DNA from: a virus
IMG/VR virus record: IMGVR_UViG_2799112916_000001
Coordinates: 1-43,951 of that record
DNA length: 43,951 bases
Reading direction: 5' to 3' (one strand)
The notes beneath the pieces were generated by a model. It searched no databases and was not told the DNA's origin. It was given only the letters and a program-made list of their open reading frames with translations. Position 1 is the first letter of the stretch. Each line of letters starts with the position of its first letter. The position numbers and the translations under genes were made by a program. Below are positions 18,303-28,587 of the stretch, in pieces.

Positions 18303-19460
18303 TTATGTTGCCTCCTCATCTGATGTTGTTTCACTATCTTCTTCAGTTTCTTCAGTTGACTCTTCTTCTTCAAATGTTCCGAAACTAGGAGGATAATCCA
18401 CTAATGTGAGACCAGTAACCCAAGGGGTGCTTCCGTCTTCATCTGCAGACATTCTGGTAATATACATGTAATCGTCAATATAAAAAGAGGGTAAGTATAC
18501 TCTTGCCCATAGGCCAGTTTTCCATTTACTGTCACCTTTGACTTTTAATTCAACTTGTCTTCCATCATCTCTGCGTATCTTATTCCATGCTCTTTGCAGG
18601 AACGAAACTGCATCATCATAAGTTTTCACAAATGCATCAACTTCAATAGTTTCAGCATTCACACCAAATCTTTTAATCAACAGATCATCTTGCAAGGTTA
18701 ACTCATAACCTTTATAATTACAAGTTAATTTATTGGTGGTTTGTGGATTGATGTCTGTTACAGTAACAGAGTCAAATTGAACATTATCAAACTCATTAAT
18801 AACAAGTTTAGTTTTGGTAGGGTCTTTAATCTTATTGACATAGACTGTGTCTAGTTCAACTCTGATTTCAGCATCACCATCCCAACCACTAACTGCTTTT
18901 TTTAAAGCTTCTTTAATGGTTGTTGCTGAAGCATTACTACTATTTTCACTTGAAGATGTGTCCCCACCAATTGCTTTAATGAAATTTTGTATAACATCAT
19001 TAAAACTACAACCTTTTTTACCACAGGCATATCCAATATACTGCTTATTCGCATCAAAATAAGATTTAGCTGATTTACCAACAGATTCAATATTTGAACC
19101 ACTATAATTATCATCATGAGCTCTAACAAGTGCTGTATTTGCTAATCCATTACAAGTAATCCATTTATCTGTAGTAGCAGTTTCACTTGCAAAAACAACC
19201 CACATATACTTATAATGATAATAACTTCGTTTCAAACCATCACGAAAATCAACATACATTCCGGCATCAGAGCCTCCAACAATAAACACTCCTATCTGTC
19301 CTTTTGAGGCATTTGATAAACCATGTGATTGAACAGTATTAGGTCCTACACCTCCATTAGTCGCAGTATGCCCATTTTTTTTTAAAGCTTGACATACCTC
19401 ATTTATTCGTGAGTTTTCTTTTCCATCAATATTATCACTGCAAACCCAAAAATCCGACAA
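18303..19460 (-). CDS. Alpha/beta domain of unknown (possibly cell-wall-active) function fused to baseplate hub C-terminal half
   Basis: N-terminal SDNI...GVGPN...VGGSDAG...RAHDDNYS, Ser-rich linker, then hub-like RQVELKVKG...WKTGLWARV...YITRMS. Confidence 0.55.
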   Translation of the reverse strand: MSDFWVCSDNIDGKENSRINEVCQALKKNGHTATNGGVGPNTVQSHGLSNASKGQIGVFIVGGSDAGMYVDFRDGLKRSYYHYKYMWVVFASETATTDKWITCNGLANTALVRAHDDNYSGSNIESVGKSAKSYFDANKQYIGYACGKKGCSFNDVIQNFIKAIGGDTSSSENSSNASATTIKEALKKAVSGWDGDAEIRVELDTVYVNKIKDPTKTKLVINEFDNVQFDSVTVTDINPQTTNKLTCNYKGYELTLQDDLLIKRFGVNAETIEVDAFVKTYDDAVSFLQRAWNKIRRDDGRQVELKVKGDSKWKTGLWARVYLPSFYIDDYMYITRMSADEDGSTPWVTGLTLVDYPPSFGTFEEEESTEETEEDSETTSDEEAT

Positions 19461-19475
19461 ACGATTCCCCTCCTT

Positions 19476-20534
19476 TTATTTTAAGTCATATTTGTTACCG
19501 CATTTGTTGTTTTCCCAAGTGTCATTGAATGCTCTTTGACTTCTTTGACCTTCAGACCAAGTTAAATCTGAATAATATTTTGTTCCGCCAATTTCAATGA
19601 CTGTGAAGTAATGTGCAGAGTCACATCTTAATACGATGTATGCGTTTAATCCACCGGATTTCATACAAGCTGTGGTTAATATTGCAGTATCTCCACAATT
19701 TAGGTGTTTGTGGTTTTCAAGACAGTTCTCGGGGGTATGATATTTTGAATTATAATAGTATGCATACCATATTCCTACTTCATCTCTTAAACCGGCGTGG
19801 ATTGCTTTGGCTTTCTCCAAGTCTGATGTTTTGCCTTTACACCATTTTGCGACAAGGTCATCGATTTTAGCATTTCCAATTCCTGGAGTATCACTGCTTC
19901 CACTATCCCCACTTGAAGAAGATGTTTTGAAATCGATAACATCATCAACAAGGCCGGTGACATCAACTTTTGCTTTTAAACCGCTAGCTTCAATAATCTG
20001 TTTAACAATTTCTGAACGTTTGGTTTGTGTGAACTCAAAAGTATGTTCTGTTTCCATTAATTTATCCATACCGGATATTTTAATATCTGCTTTGTTTTTG
20101 TTCCAAGTGAATTCAGTTACAAAACCCAATATTGCGGTTTCCATATGCTCCCAATTCAAAGGCCCATTTTGCCATGCTTTCTTCAAGGCCACTTTTTTAC
20201 CTTTGAAAAAAAGATTAACATACTTAATAGGAACACTAACAGTTGAATTACTGCTTAATTCACCGTAATCCATCTCATAACTGTCAGAGTATAATTCCCC
20301 AACATAATCTATTTGTTTTGTTTCACCATTTTCTAAAGTAAAATTAGTAGAAGGGTCAACATTAGCAGTAGTAGTTTCTTTTGTATCTTCTTTAGCTTCT
20401 GATGCAGCATCCCCTGCAACTTTCTCCGCTAATTTTTGCAAGTCAACATCTTTACCCGCTTCTTTTTTCACCATAGGCTCGGTGGTGTACACTTCAAGAC
20501 CCGCTTTGGAAAGTGAAAATTTAACAGACATCAA
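19476..20534 (-). CDS. Baseplate hub N-terminal half fused to a transglutaminase-like Cys-His-Asp peptidase (pseudomurein endoisopeptidase-like)
   Basis: Hub-like ILGFVTEFTWNKNKADIKISGMDKLM...QTKRSEIVKQII, Ser/Gly linker, then LNCGD...AHYF...YYSDLT triad. Confidence 0.7.
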   Translation of the reverse strand: MMSVKFSLSKAGLEVYTTEPMVKKEAGKDVDLQKLAEKVAGDAASEAKEDTKETTTANVDPSTNFTLENGETKQIDYVGELYSDSYEMDYGELSSNSTVSVPIKYVNLFFKGKKVALKKAWQNGPLNWEHMETAILGFVTEFTWNKNKADIKISGMDKLMETEHTFEFTQTKRSEIVKQIIEASGLKAKVDVTGLVDDVIDFKTSSSSGDSGSSDTPGIGNAKIDDLVAKWCKGKTSDLEKAKAIHAGLRDEVGIWYAYYYNSKYHTPENCLENHKHLNCGDTAILTTACMKSGGLNAYIVLRCDSAHYFTVIEIGGTKYYSDLTWSEGQRSQRAFNDTWENNKCGNKYDLK

Positions 20535-20537
20535 TAT

Positions 20538-21134
20538 TCACTTCCCTTTACTTTTACTTTTCTTTGTAATAGTTTTATTTTTAAAACCAGCATTCTTTGA
20601 AGCAGATTTCATTAGTTTTGTAATGGTACTGGATTGTTTTTTAGTATTAGTCTTTTTAGTAGTGGTCTTAGTTTTCTTTGATTGGACTTTACGAGTTTTA
20701 GGAACAGAAAACTCTTCACCAGGAATCAAACTTTTACTATCCGGAACCTCTTTAACACTAATAGTTAACTTTAAAGTGTTCAGTTTATCCCTTTCCGGTT
20801 TAATAACAACAATCGCCTTAAACCTACCTCCAAGGTCAGGTGAAACAACCTCTACAGGTTTACTCATCATTTCCTGAAATATACTATTCCATTCATCCGG
20901 CCTATCCGGATCAATGAAAACATGAGTAGTAACTGTGAAGTCCAATCCCACATAAGCACCAGGAGTAACATCTTGAGTTCCACCAACAACGGCACTAAAG
21001 TTATATTCACGTCTGCGATAAGCCTCATTAGGACTGACATTATCTGCATAGAACGGATAACCCATAATTTCCAAGTTACAACCATCAGTAGGAATACCCT
21101 CTTTACTATACATCACATCTGCTGATTCCACCAT
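20538..21134 (-). CDS. Tail tube initiator / DNA-circularisation-N-like protein with basic tail
   Basis: Position after tape measure; YPFYADNV...RRREYNF pattern; Lys/Thr-rich C-terminus. Confidence 0.5.
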   Translation of the reverse strand: MVESADVMYSKEGIPTDGCNLEIMGYPFYADNVSPNEAYRRREYNFSAVVGGTQDVTPGAYVGLDFTVTTHVFIDPDRPDEWNSIFQEMMSKPVEVVSPDLGGRFKAIVVIKPERDKLNTLKLTISVKEVPDSKSLIPGEEFSVPKTRKVQSKKTKTTTKKTNTKKQSSTITKLMKSASKNAGFKNKTITKKSKSKGK

Positions 21135-21136
21135 AC

Positions 21137-23383
21137 TTAAGCACCTCCTGTACCTTCAGGGTCTTTCAACGATTCTAATGCTAAAGTCACAACACCTTGA
21201 GCTTCTTGTTTAGTCATATTACGTGCATCAACAGGAACAGCACCTTCATGAACATGCACAATAGTAACATTACCATTACGCATACCATTAACACTATATT
21301 CTCCGTTTTCACGGACAACACCAAGTGTGCTCATTTTCATTTGAGGTGCATTGAAACCTTTAAGAATGTTACCTGCGTAGTCTTTTGCAGCATTGTATAC
21401 ATATTCACTTGACTCACCAATACGGCCAGGAATATCTGCAAACTCAATAGCTAATTTACGTTGAATAATACCAGGTGAAGCAATACCAAGAGCACCTAAT
21501 ACTGCATTTTTAATATCATTACCGAAATTGGTTGCAGCAGATACTGCACTACTTACAGAATCTCTGATTCTATCCCCAATTTTAATAAATTCATTATATA
21601 CTGAATCTGCCAAACCCATAATACCATTAATTACTGCTTGTTTGGCTTGATTAGCAAGACTTGCTGCGGCTGCAGCAGCAGCACCAGCAGCACTTGAAAT
21701 TCGACCTGGAATTTGGCGCATGAAAGCACCTACTCTTCCAGGTATTTGTCGAATATGATTAATGATACCGTTGAATATTCTTAAACCGGCTTGAACCGCA
21801 TACATAGCTGCGGTAATACCGAAGGATAATATTCTCATTGAAGTTTGTTGTAAGAATTGCCAAACCATTGGAGCAATTCTTCTTGCAGCATTAGTTATTC
21901 CTTGTAATAATAATTGACCTGCTCTTGCTGCAAGCCTACCTATTTGAGTTGATAATATTCCAAAGTTGGTTATGATTCCCATTACGGCCTGTTCAAATGA
22001 GATTTCACCACTAAACAATCTTGAGATAACAGTTATGATTCTACCAATTGTTGTTGCGATTGGAGATAATGCTGTGAACACTTGACCTGCGACATTGCTT
22101 ATTGTACCAAACACTTGAGATGCAATATCTCCTAATGTTCCGAATGCATCGATTATGCCTCTTACAATATCAGGGTTACTTCCACTATCTCCGAATAAAT
22201 TAGTCCATGCTTCAGTAATCCATGAGAATACTGGTTGCATGAATTGCCATAATTGATTCAATGCATCTTGAACTGCTTTGATAGCAGCTTTAACATGAGG
22301 GTTGTTTATGAATGCGCTCCATAACCTTTGCACACCGGCACTTATAGCAGCTAACATAGAGGATACATCTGTCCACCATCCGAAGTAGATTCCCACTTCA
22401 TATACTGCAACTGCGATTGCTGCTACTGCTGCAACTATTGCCCATAATGGAGCTCCTGCAACTGTTATGGCCATGAAACCACTTGCAGCACCATATAAGC
22501 TTGTGATGAAACCAGGCATTAATGCCATTAATCCACCTTCAGCTGCAGCTGCAACCGATAAAGCACCTGCAAATAAACCGAATCCAACTGCAAGACCACC
22601 TATGAGTAATGCTCCTTGAGCCCAACCATTATCTTTAACAAAATCAATAGCTCCAATAATTGCATTAGTCAATCCAAGGAAAGCAGGAGTTAAAGGTATG
22701 ACAACATCTGCTAATAATCGTCCACCTGCAACAGTTAATGCTGACCATGCATCATCTAAATTGGTAATGTCTTTTGCAGTTTGTTCATACCCCATTTCAT
22801 TCAAGGATTTATTCAACGCATCTATCAATCCTTTTTGGTCATTGAGGTCACCGCTCCAACCATTCTTCTTCAGAGTATCTTGAGTAATACCAATTTCCTG
22901 AAGTCTTTTGAATTGCCCATCTAATGCATCACTAACTGCAAGGATAGCATCTTCTTGAGTACGGCCTTCACCAACAAATGTTGATGAAAGTGTAGCAGTC
23001 ATTTTAGTTAAATCTGCAAGTTCAGACTTTGGCAAACCCAATTTAACTGCAATAGATTCTGCGGTTGCTCCTACTGCAGTCATGTCAACTTTACGGAAAT
23101 CTTTTTGAAGATCATTAATTTGACTTCTGAAAGTTTCAGTTTCTTTAGCAGAGAGATTTAAACGGCCACCGAAATAATCCAATTGTTGACTTGAATTTAT
23201 TGCTGCTCCGCCAGCTTCAACTAAACTGTTCACAAGGTCGTATCCAATCATCCCTGCAGCCATTCCTACAGCACTACTAACCATGCTTTTCATACTACTG
23301 GCTTTCTGCTCCACACTACTGAATGCACCGCCAGTATTGTCTTGTCCACGGATTCTGATTAAAATATCTGATACTGAAGGCAT
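21137..23383 (-). CDS. Tape measure protein
   Basis: 748 aa, Ala/Gly-rich helical protein with a central hydrophobic segment; position after the tail chaperones. Confidence 0.9.
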   Translation of the reverse strand: MPSVSDILIRIRGQDNTGGAFSSVEQKASSMKSMVSSAVGMAAGMIGYDLVNSLVEAGGAAINSSQQLDYFGGRLNLSAKETETFRSQINDLQKDFRKVDMTAVGATAESIAVKLGLPKSELADLTKMTATLSSTFVGEGRTQEDAILAVSDALDGQFKRLQEIGITQDTLKKNGWSGDLNDQKGLIDALNKSLNEMGYEQTAKDITNLDDAWSALTVAGGRLLADVVIPLTPAFLGLTNAIIGAIDFVKDNGWAQGALLIGGLAVGFGLFAGALSVAAAAEGGLMALMPGFITSLYGAASGFMAITVAGAPLWAIVAAVAAIAVAVYEVGIYFGWWTDVSSMLAAISAGVQRLWSAFINNPHVKAAIKAVQDALNQLWQFMQPVFSWITEAWTNLFGDSGSNPDIVRGIIDAFGTLGDIASQVFGTISNVAGQVFTALSPIATTIGRIITVISRLFSGEISFEQAVMGIITNFGILSTQIGRLAARAGQLLLQGITNAARRIAPMVWQFLQQTSMRILSFGITAAMYAVQAGLRIFNGIINHIRQIPGRVGAFMRQIPGRISSAAGAAAAAAASLANQAKQAVINGIMGLADSVYNEFIKIGDRIRDSVSSAVSAATNFGNDIKNAVLGALGIASPGIIQRKLAIEFADIPGRIGESSEYVYNAAKDYAGNILKGFNAPQMKMSTLGVVRENGEYSVNGMRNGNVTIVHVHEGAVPVDARNMTKQEAQGVVTLALESLKDPEGTGGA

Positions 23384-23428
23384 AAATTCAATCTCCCAAA
23401 TAATTATAAAAAAAATAATATTTAATTT

Positions 23429-23635
23429 TTAGTTAAATTCACTTGTTTTCTCCTTAATCTCTTCTGCATGCTTAACTTCCGCTCTAATTTGTTGGGAATA
23501 CTTCATAATTAAAAATTTAATGTCCCATGTGAATTTTTTCTGTATCACTTCCGAAACAGGAATGTTCAAATGTTTGGACACTCTGAAATAAACCTCTCCA
23601 TAGAAAGAATTAGCTAGTTGGAAATAATTTTTCAT
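23429..23635 (-). CDS. Tail assembly chaperone second ORF (gpT-like)
   Basis: Overlaps the 3' end of the chaperone by 26 nt in another frame, directly before the tape measure gene. Confidence 0.6.
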   Translation of the reverse strand: MKNYFQLANSFYGEVYFRVSKHLNIPVSEVIQKKFTWDIKFLIMKYSQQIRAEVKHAEEIKEKTSEFN

Positions 23636-24350
23636 CTTGTTGATCTGTTAAACCAAGTCTATCTTCAACCTTGAACATGATAGCTGATTTAACAATGAAT
23701 GGGAAATTAACCCAGAATTCTTTTCTAACTTCCACATCGGAACTGGAGTTAGGTAATCTTAATTGAGCTGCGAGGAATGTGTTCATTGAAGAAATTCTAT
23801 TTTCACTTTGTTTATCTTCAATTTCTTTTGTGATTTTGTCCACGATTTGTTGTTCTTCAGGACTTATCTCATGTCCTTGTTGTGACTTAGTCCATGCCTG
23901 CAATTCGTCCCTATTATAATCCTTGAATAAATCAACATGAGTTTGTAATGCAGGAACAACACTACTATCGTCCAATGGAAGTATTTCAAATTCCATAGGA
24001 TACCATTTTCCGTTTAATGGTACATTCACTTTTAACATTCTTGCGGATTTATCGTTCACTAATGCTAACCAGTCTTTTTCTGTTAAAATCATTTGTTCAG
24101 TATTTTCGTATGCTTCAACAGTTTCGGATGGTTTATGTTTACGGATATGTTCACGATATTTCTGCAATGTCATTTTCAGTAATGAAAATTCATCGTCGGA
24201 TAGCTCTTCATGATTAATACATTTAGTTACAACCGCTTGTTCTTCAGCATCTAATTTGTCGAAAGGTAATTCTTCACATTCTTTAGGGAATTGTGTTTTT
24301 AACAAGTGTTTTTCCATTTTTTCTGCTTTTTTGTCTTTTGCCATGTACAT
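23610..24350 (-). CDS. Tail assembly chaperone (gpG-like)
   Basis: Between tube and tape measure. Start at MYMAK (24350 or 24344) after a GAGGAGG RBS; the hydrophobic N-terminal extension in the ORF track is a poly-T artefact. Confidence 0.65.
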   Translation of the reverse strand: MYMAKDKKAEKMEKHLLKTQFPKECEELPFDKLDAEEQAVVTKCINHEELSDDEFSLLKMTLQKYREHIRKHKPSETVEAYENTEQMILTEKDWLALVNDKSARMLKVNVPLNGKWYPMEFEILPLDDSSVVPALQTHVDLFKDYNRDELQAWTKSQQGHEISPEEQQIVDKITKEIEDKQSENRISSMNTFLAAQLRLPNSSSDVEVRKEFWVNFPFIVKSAIMFKVEDRLGLTDQQDEKLFPTS

Positions 24351-24454
24351 GTCCTCCTCAAAAAAAAATAATCCATTAAAAAAAAATAATAATAATAATA
24401 AAAATCCCAAAAAAAAATTTAAAAAAAATAAAAGAAACAAAATTAATGGGATAT

Positions 24455-24850
24455 TTAACTTTGTTTCTTATAACCAGTAGCACCAAATTTGATACTGAAA
24501 GGTTTAACAGCATTCTCTTTACTTAACTCTTTAACATATGCTCCATACAAGACATCATCTTCAATAAGATTTCCTGTAGATTCTTCAAAATCATATGAAG
24601 CAAGAGTATCTCTGATTTTTTGTTCCATTGCTTTTTTCAATGGTTTTCTTAATGCTGGGTCAATACCACTTGCCTCTGCCTCAACGGTTTCTTTACCGAA
24701 TTGAGTGCCGTAAGGGGTGGAACTATTAGTAGCGGTCAAATCGTCACTATCCATTTTGAAAGAAATTTTAAATGACTCACATACAATTTCAATATCACCA
24801 AACATTAATTGAGATTCACCATAATAAATAGTATCAGCCATTATTACCAC
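24455..24850 (-). CDS. Tail tube protein
   Basis: 131 aa, immediately after the sheath gene. Confidence 0.7.
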   Translation of the reverse strand: MVIMADTIYYGESQLMFGDIEIVCESFKISFKMDSDDLTATNSSTPYGTQFGKETVEAEASGIDPALRKPLKKAMEQKIRDTLASYDFEESTGNLIEDDVLYGAYVKELSKENAVKPFSIKFGATGYKKQS

Positions 24851-24852
24851 CT

Positions 24853-26022
24853 TTAACTAGTTGCTATTGCTTTTACAGCAGGGTTTTTAATTTTAACGTT
24901 CACAAGAATTGCATTAGTACAGTTGATTCCTTGGATTTGACCGTTTAACTCCATATCATATTCTTCAGAATCAGATTCAACAAGAGTTAATTTGGTTCCG
25001 TCTCCAGTATCACTGTTGTAAGCAATCATTCTTTCAGCTTCAACTTCATCATCAATTACTGCATCAACTTTGGTCTGTGCTTTAACAAGATATGATGCAG
25101 TTTCATTTGCTTTGATTTGACTGAAAACTGCTTTGAACACTTCACGTAACAAGTGATCTGCATTAAATCTAGCATGGAATAAACTGTCTGCAGGTCTTGG
25201 GTTTAAAGCAAAAGCTGTGGAAGTACTGAGATTAATTCTACATACAACAAGGTCATCAACAACCTCATCAGTACCAAAGATAATACCTGCATTTTGCAAT
25301 GCTAAAATTTCAGCATCAGTTCTGGCTTTGAATTCACCAGGTTCAACACTACGGAATGGTAAGAAACCAGGTTCAATATAATATGGGGTGCAGCATAATC
25401 TTGCAGCATGTTTTCCAAAGAAATCAGGTTCAATTAAACCAAATCTTGATTTTAATATTCCTCCAGGATTTGGATTTAAAGCAATTAATTGAGCATCACT
25501 AGCACCGGCTTTGGTGGTGAATGCTGTACGAAGATTTAAGTTTGCAGTTTCAGTACTGATACTTGCACATGCAGCTGCAATGAAATCACTTATAGTATAG
25601 TTATTGTCAGTTATGCTTTCTGCTCCAACATAAAATTCAATGGTAGCTTTACGCATTGTTTTAGCAGTAGTTAATGCTGCTAACCATACATCTTTACTGG
25701 TTCCTGCACCTACATCAATAACATAGATGTATGGAATTCCAATCTGTTCACTTGACCTGACTTCAGCTTCTTCAAAAAAGTCTTTTAATGCAGCTAATAA
25801 AGGGTTAGTAGAAGTATCAGTTCCAATTCCACCATTTGCAATAGTACGGTTCACTTCTCCCCAGTTTCTAAAAGTTAATACTTGAGTACCATCAACTTTA
25901 TAACCAGTTGCAGCTGAATTCCCAGTTTTACCAATCCATACTGGGATTTTTCCACCATTTCCCTGTAATTCAAACTCAGTAGTTTCATTAAGATACAAAC
26001 CTGGTCGTTTTGTAATAGGCAT
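24853..26022 (-). CDS. Tail sheath protein (compact, 389 aa)
   Basis: N-terminal RPGLYLNE motif; C-terminal RFNADHLLREV sheath-like segment. Confidence 0.8.
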   Translation of the reverse strand: MPITKRPGLYLNETTEFELQGNGGKIPVWIGKTGNSAATGYKVDGTQVLTFRNWGEVNRTIANGGIGTDTSTNPLLAALKDFFEEAEVRSSEQIGIPYIYVIDVGAGTSKDVWLAALTTAKTMRKATIEFYVGAESITDNNYTISDFIAAACASISTETANLNLRTAFTTKAGASDAQLIALNPNPGGILKSRFGLIEPDFFGKHAARLCCTPYYIEPGFLPFRSVEPGEFKARTDAEILALQNAGIIFGTDEVVDDLVVCRINLSTSTAFALNPRPADSLFHARFNADHLLREVFKAVFSQIKANETASYLVKAQTKVDAVIDDEVEAERMIAYNSDTGDGTKLTLVESDSEEYDMELNGQIQGINCTNAILVNVKIKNPAVKAIATS

Positions 26023-26028
26023 AAATAT

Positions 26029-26241
26029 CTAGGCCTCCATAATTTTGTTAAATTCAGTTAAAGTCATACTTGGCTCAATGTCTAAACGGCCGTATACTTC
26101 AACTTCTTCTTCATATTGTCTGAGTAAACCTGCACGAGAAAGATTCATTATAATGAGTGGGTAGTGCAAATCGGAATTAGACACTAATTCCACTAAGGTG
26201 AATTTTTCTTCTGAGGTTTCCTTTTTAGTCTTTTTTGTCAT
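26029..26241 (-). CDS. Small neck/tail-region protein
   Basis: 70-aa coupled ORF. Confidence 0.55.
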   Translation of the reverse strand: MTKKTKKETSEEKFTLVELVSNSDLHYPLIIMNLSRAGLLRQYEEEVEVYGRLDIEPSMTLTEFNKIMEA

Positions 26242-26921
26242 AATAAGTCCTCATTAACATGTAAGTTTTCACTGACTGCACCACCGATATTATAATATTC
26301 GTAGTAGCTAAAGTAGACTCGAATAATACTTCGCAATACAGGTGGATTAGTAGTTGTATCGTCTTGATTATAAGGTGGAGCAACGTGGAATGTTGCTCTT
26401 ATAATATCAAATGCTGTGAAAATGTTTTTGTAATGATAATCGTATGGTTTGGGGCATTGGTTTTTAATTCCCCTTATAGAATGAGGGTTCACTTTACATT
26501 CTGTATCGAGAAATGTACAGTTTCCATTATCGTATTGTTGGCAGAATTTGTAATGATCCGATTGCACCATGTAAAATAATGTCCTGACTTTATTGGTGAT
26601 TTCTTCTCTTTGATGTTCATCATCACACCAGATGTGAACTCCTAAGTCTATTGCTAATTGTTCTTGTATGACTTGTTGAGAAATAGTTTTATCAGGCTGT
26701 TCAGGGTCATATTGAGGATGAGTGACGGGTATAGTGTAGTCACGGTTTGTGATGTGTTTGTTGATAGTTGCAGTTCCACCGGAATCGTCAATCGTAATGC
26801 ATGGAGTATGGTCATATGGGTAGTCTCTTTTTATCACATTGACTGGAGTACCATCGTTTAAAACGATTCTTCCTTGAAGTATTTTTAATAATGCTTGTAT
26901 TGGTTTAATCATTTTATTCAA
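26238..26921 (-). CDS. Tail terminator-like protein
   Basis: Position before the sheath; YPYDHTPCITI and GVHIWCD motifs; Cys-rich insert. Confidence 0.55.
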   Translation of the reverse strand: MNKMIKPIQALLKILQGRIVLNDGTPVNVIKRDYPYDHTPCITIDDSGGTATINKHITNRDYTIPVTHPQYDPEQPDKTISQQVIQEQLAIDLGVHIWCDDEHQREEITNKVRTLFYMVQSDHYKFCQQYDNGNCTFLDTECKVNPHSIRGIKNQCPKPYDYHYKNIFTAFDIIRATFHVAPPYNQDDTTTNPPVLRSIIRVYFSYYEYYNIGGAVSENLHVNEDLL

Positions 26922-27267
26922 GCACTCCTTTTTTAGCCAATTGAGTTTTAAAAGTTCTACTCATGTAATTCTCACTATACAAACTATTAACAACAACTTG
27001 CGGATAGTTACGAGCTTCCATTTTACTGGTTCCAAAAACAACAAACACCCAATAATCCTGCCGGTTCCTGACAGTACCCAACTCAGGAGATATTGAAGTG
27101 GAATGACCTCTCATCAAAGCCCCTGTATCATAAGGACAAATCTTTTTACAACGAGATTCCGCTTCCAAAGTAGTGTTCTTGACAGTTATAGCTTCACACT
27201 CTTTGATAATCGACCTATTTATCTTCTTACGAAAACTAGGCTCAATTTCAACATCAACATCAATCAT
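26914..27267 (-). CDS. HK97 gp10-like tail completion protein
   Basis: CPYDTGALMRG...YWVFVVFGTSKM motif. Confidence 0.8.
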   Translation of the reverse strand: MIDVDVEIEPSFRKKINRSIIKECEAITVKNTTLEAESRCKKICPYDTGALMRGHSTSISPELGTVRNRQDYWVFVVFGTSKMEARNYPQVVVNSLYSENYMSRTFKTQLAKKGVLE

Positions 27268-27640
27268 CGGTAATCACCTTTGTAGGTTTCCGTTGTTTTT
27301 TAAGAACAAGTTTCGTATGTCGTGTAGGTGTAAAATGAGTGTTAACCATAGGGGTTCCGGTAATCTCATAAGTGTCAGGTTCTCCTTTGACTTTAACCAA
27401 CATGCGAGGATTAACCTCAACATTAGAATCAATAATGGCCTTGTAAGTGTCAGTTAAAATCTCACCAAACTCTTTCAAGGAATCATTAGGAGTCATAGGT
27501 TGGAAATTACACGGAACAGTCTCTTTAAGTGTGTATTCTCGCAATGGTTCATAATAAGAATTGAATTCTGTGAGAGAATCAGTATATTCATATAACTCTA
27601 ATTCAACATTAGGGAAATACACCATCCTCATCACAACCAT
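27260..27640 (-). CDS. Head closure (stopper) protein
   Basis: Beta-rich, VPCNFQP...DTYEITG; standard neck gene order. Confidence 0.65.
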   Translation of the reverse strand: MVVMRMVYFPNVELELYEYTDSLTEFNSYYEPLREYTLKETVPCNFQPMTPNDSLKEFGEILTDTYKAIIDSNVEVNPRMLVKVKGEPDTYEITGTPMVNTHFTPTRHTKLVLKKQRKPTKVITDD

Positions 27641-28206
27641 CTAACTTTTGGAGAATAACAATTAATCTGTTTCAATGCATCAATACGACTGTAAATACGA
27701 CTACCAAGATTATTCTTAGTATCATAACTAACACTAGTGTCCATTTCATGAATGGAAGTAATCTCTCCCATATCCTTATTATCATTAGAAAGATGATAGA
27801 AAACCATATCAGAAATCAAAGGATTAATCTTACCCGCAATCACATCATCAGATATTTTCTGATGATATTCAATAACCAATAGGCCTTGTCTGATTCGAGT
27901 AAGATAGAATATTCCCGCAGTTTCATCAATGATATAGTCTTCATCAACAGTTAATTCAACATTATCAATCTTAAAAGAATCCACTTTACAAATAGGATAC
28001 CAATCCGTTTCGAAAACATCCCCTCTGAAACGTTTAATGATTTGTTTTCGAGTTACTGGATCAACTGGCAAACCAGTCAATGCAATAATCTCCTCTTTCT
28101 TCAAATCAATTAAACTTTGCAATACAGTTAAGTCTTCTAATTCAGAACTAGCAATCCCTTGTAATTCTAAAAATGTTTTCAAGTCTTCAGGAGTAATTAT
28201 TGCCAA
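27631..28206 (-). CDS. Head-tail adaptor (connector)
   Basis: IITPEDLKTFL N-terminus. Probable TTG start at 28206 after GGAGG. Confidence 0.7.
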   Translation of the reverse strand: MAIITPEDLKTFLELQGIASSELEDLTVLQSLIDLKKEEIIALTGLPVDPVTRKQIIKRFRGDVFETDWYPICKVDSFKIDNVELTVDEDYIIDETAGIFYLTRIRQGLLVIEYHQKISDDVIAGKINPLISDMVFYHLSNDNKDMGEITSIHEMDTSVSYDTKNNLGSRIYSRIDALKQINCYSPKVRWL

Positions 28207-28230
28207 TTTTAATTCCTCCCAGTTTTTCAT

Positions 28231-28260
28231 TTAAAAAAAAAATAATAATAAAAAAAAATA
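28231..28260 (-). terminator. Oligo-T/(TAT)n tract, probable archaeal intrinsic terminator (similar tracts at 24361-24430, 23401-23428, 37578-37600)
   Basis: TATTATTAT followed by T8-10 on the coding strand, just downstream of gene ends. Confidence 0.45.
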
Positions 28261-28275
28261 ATATGAAATTAATTT

Positions 28276-28551
28276 TTATCCATTATTTTCCAATGCTGCT
28301 AATCTTGCAAGAATAGTACCTTCAGCAGGTTCATCTGCATCACCAATTGCAGCTTTAACATCAACCATATCTTTAGCTAAACCACCAGCACCGTCACCAG
28401 ATGCTTTGCCCACAGTAGTTTTCAAAGTAGCAACATCTTCAGAAATACTGGATTCACCAGTTTCAGCAGCTTCAATTTCAGCAGCAAGAACATCAAAACG
28501 GTCTTCCTTACTAGCTTTTTGTTTTGTAGATAAATCATTAAATCTAACCAT
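28276..28551 (-). CDS. Small capsid-associated (decoration/head fibre-like) protein
   Basis: Follows the MCP; start MVRFND at 28551; Ala/Gly/acidic composition. Confidence 0.5.
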   Translation of the reverse strand: MVRFNDLSTKQKASKEDRFDVLAAEIEAAETGESSISEDVATLKTTVGKASGDGAGGLAKDMVDVKAAIGDADEPAEGTILARLAALENNG

Positions 28552-28587
28552 AAATAAGCACGCTCCAAATTTAAAAAAAAAATATGG

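Noticed and set aside
24351-24440. Hydrophobic signal or TM peptide at the chaperone N-terminus
   Set aside because: Translation of an intergenic poly-T tract upstream of the real RBS and start.
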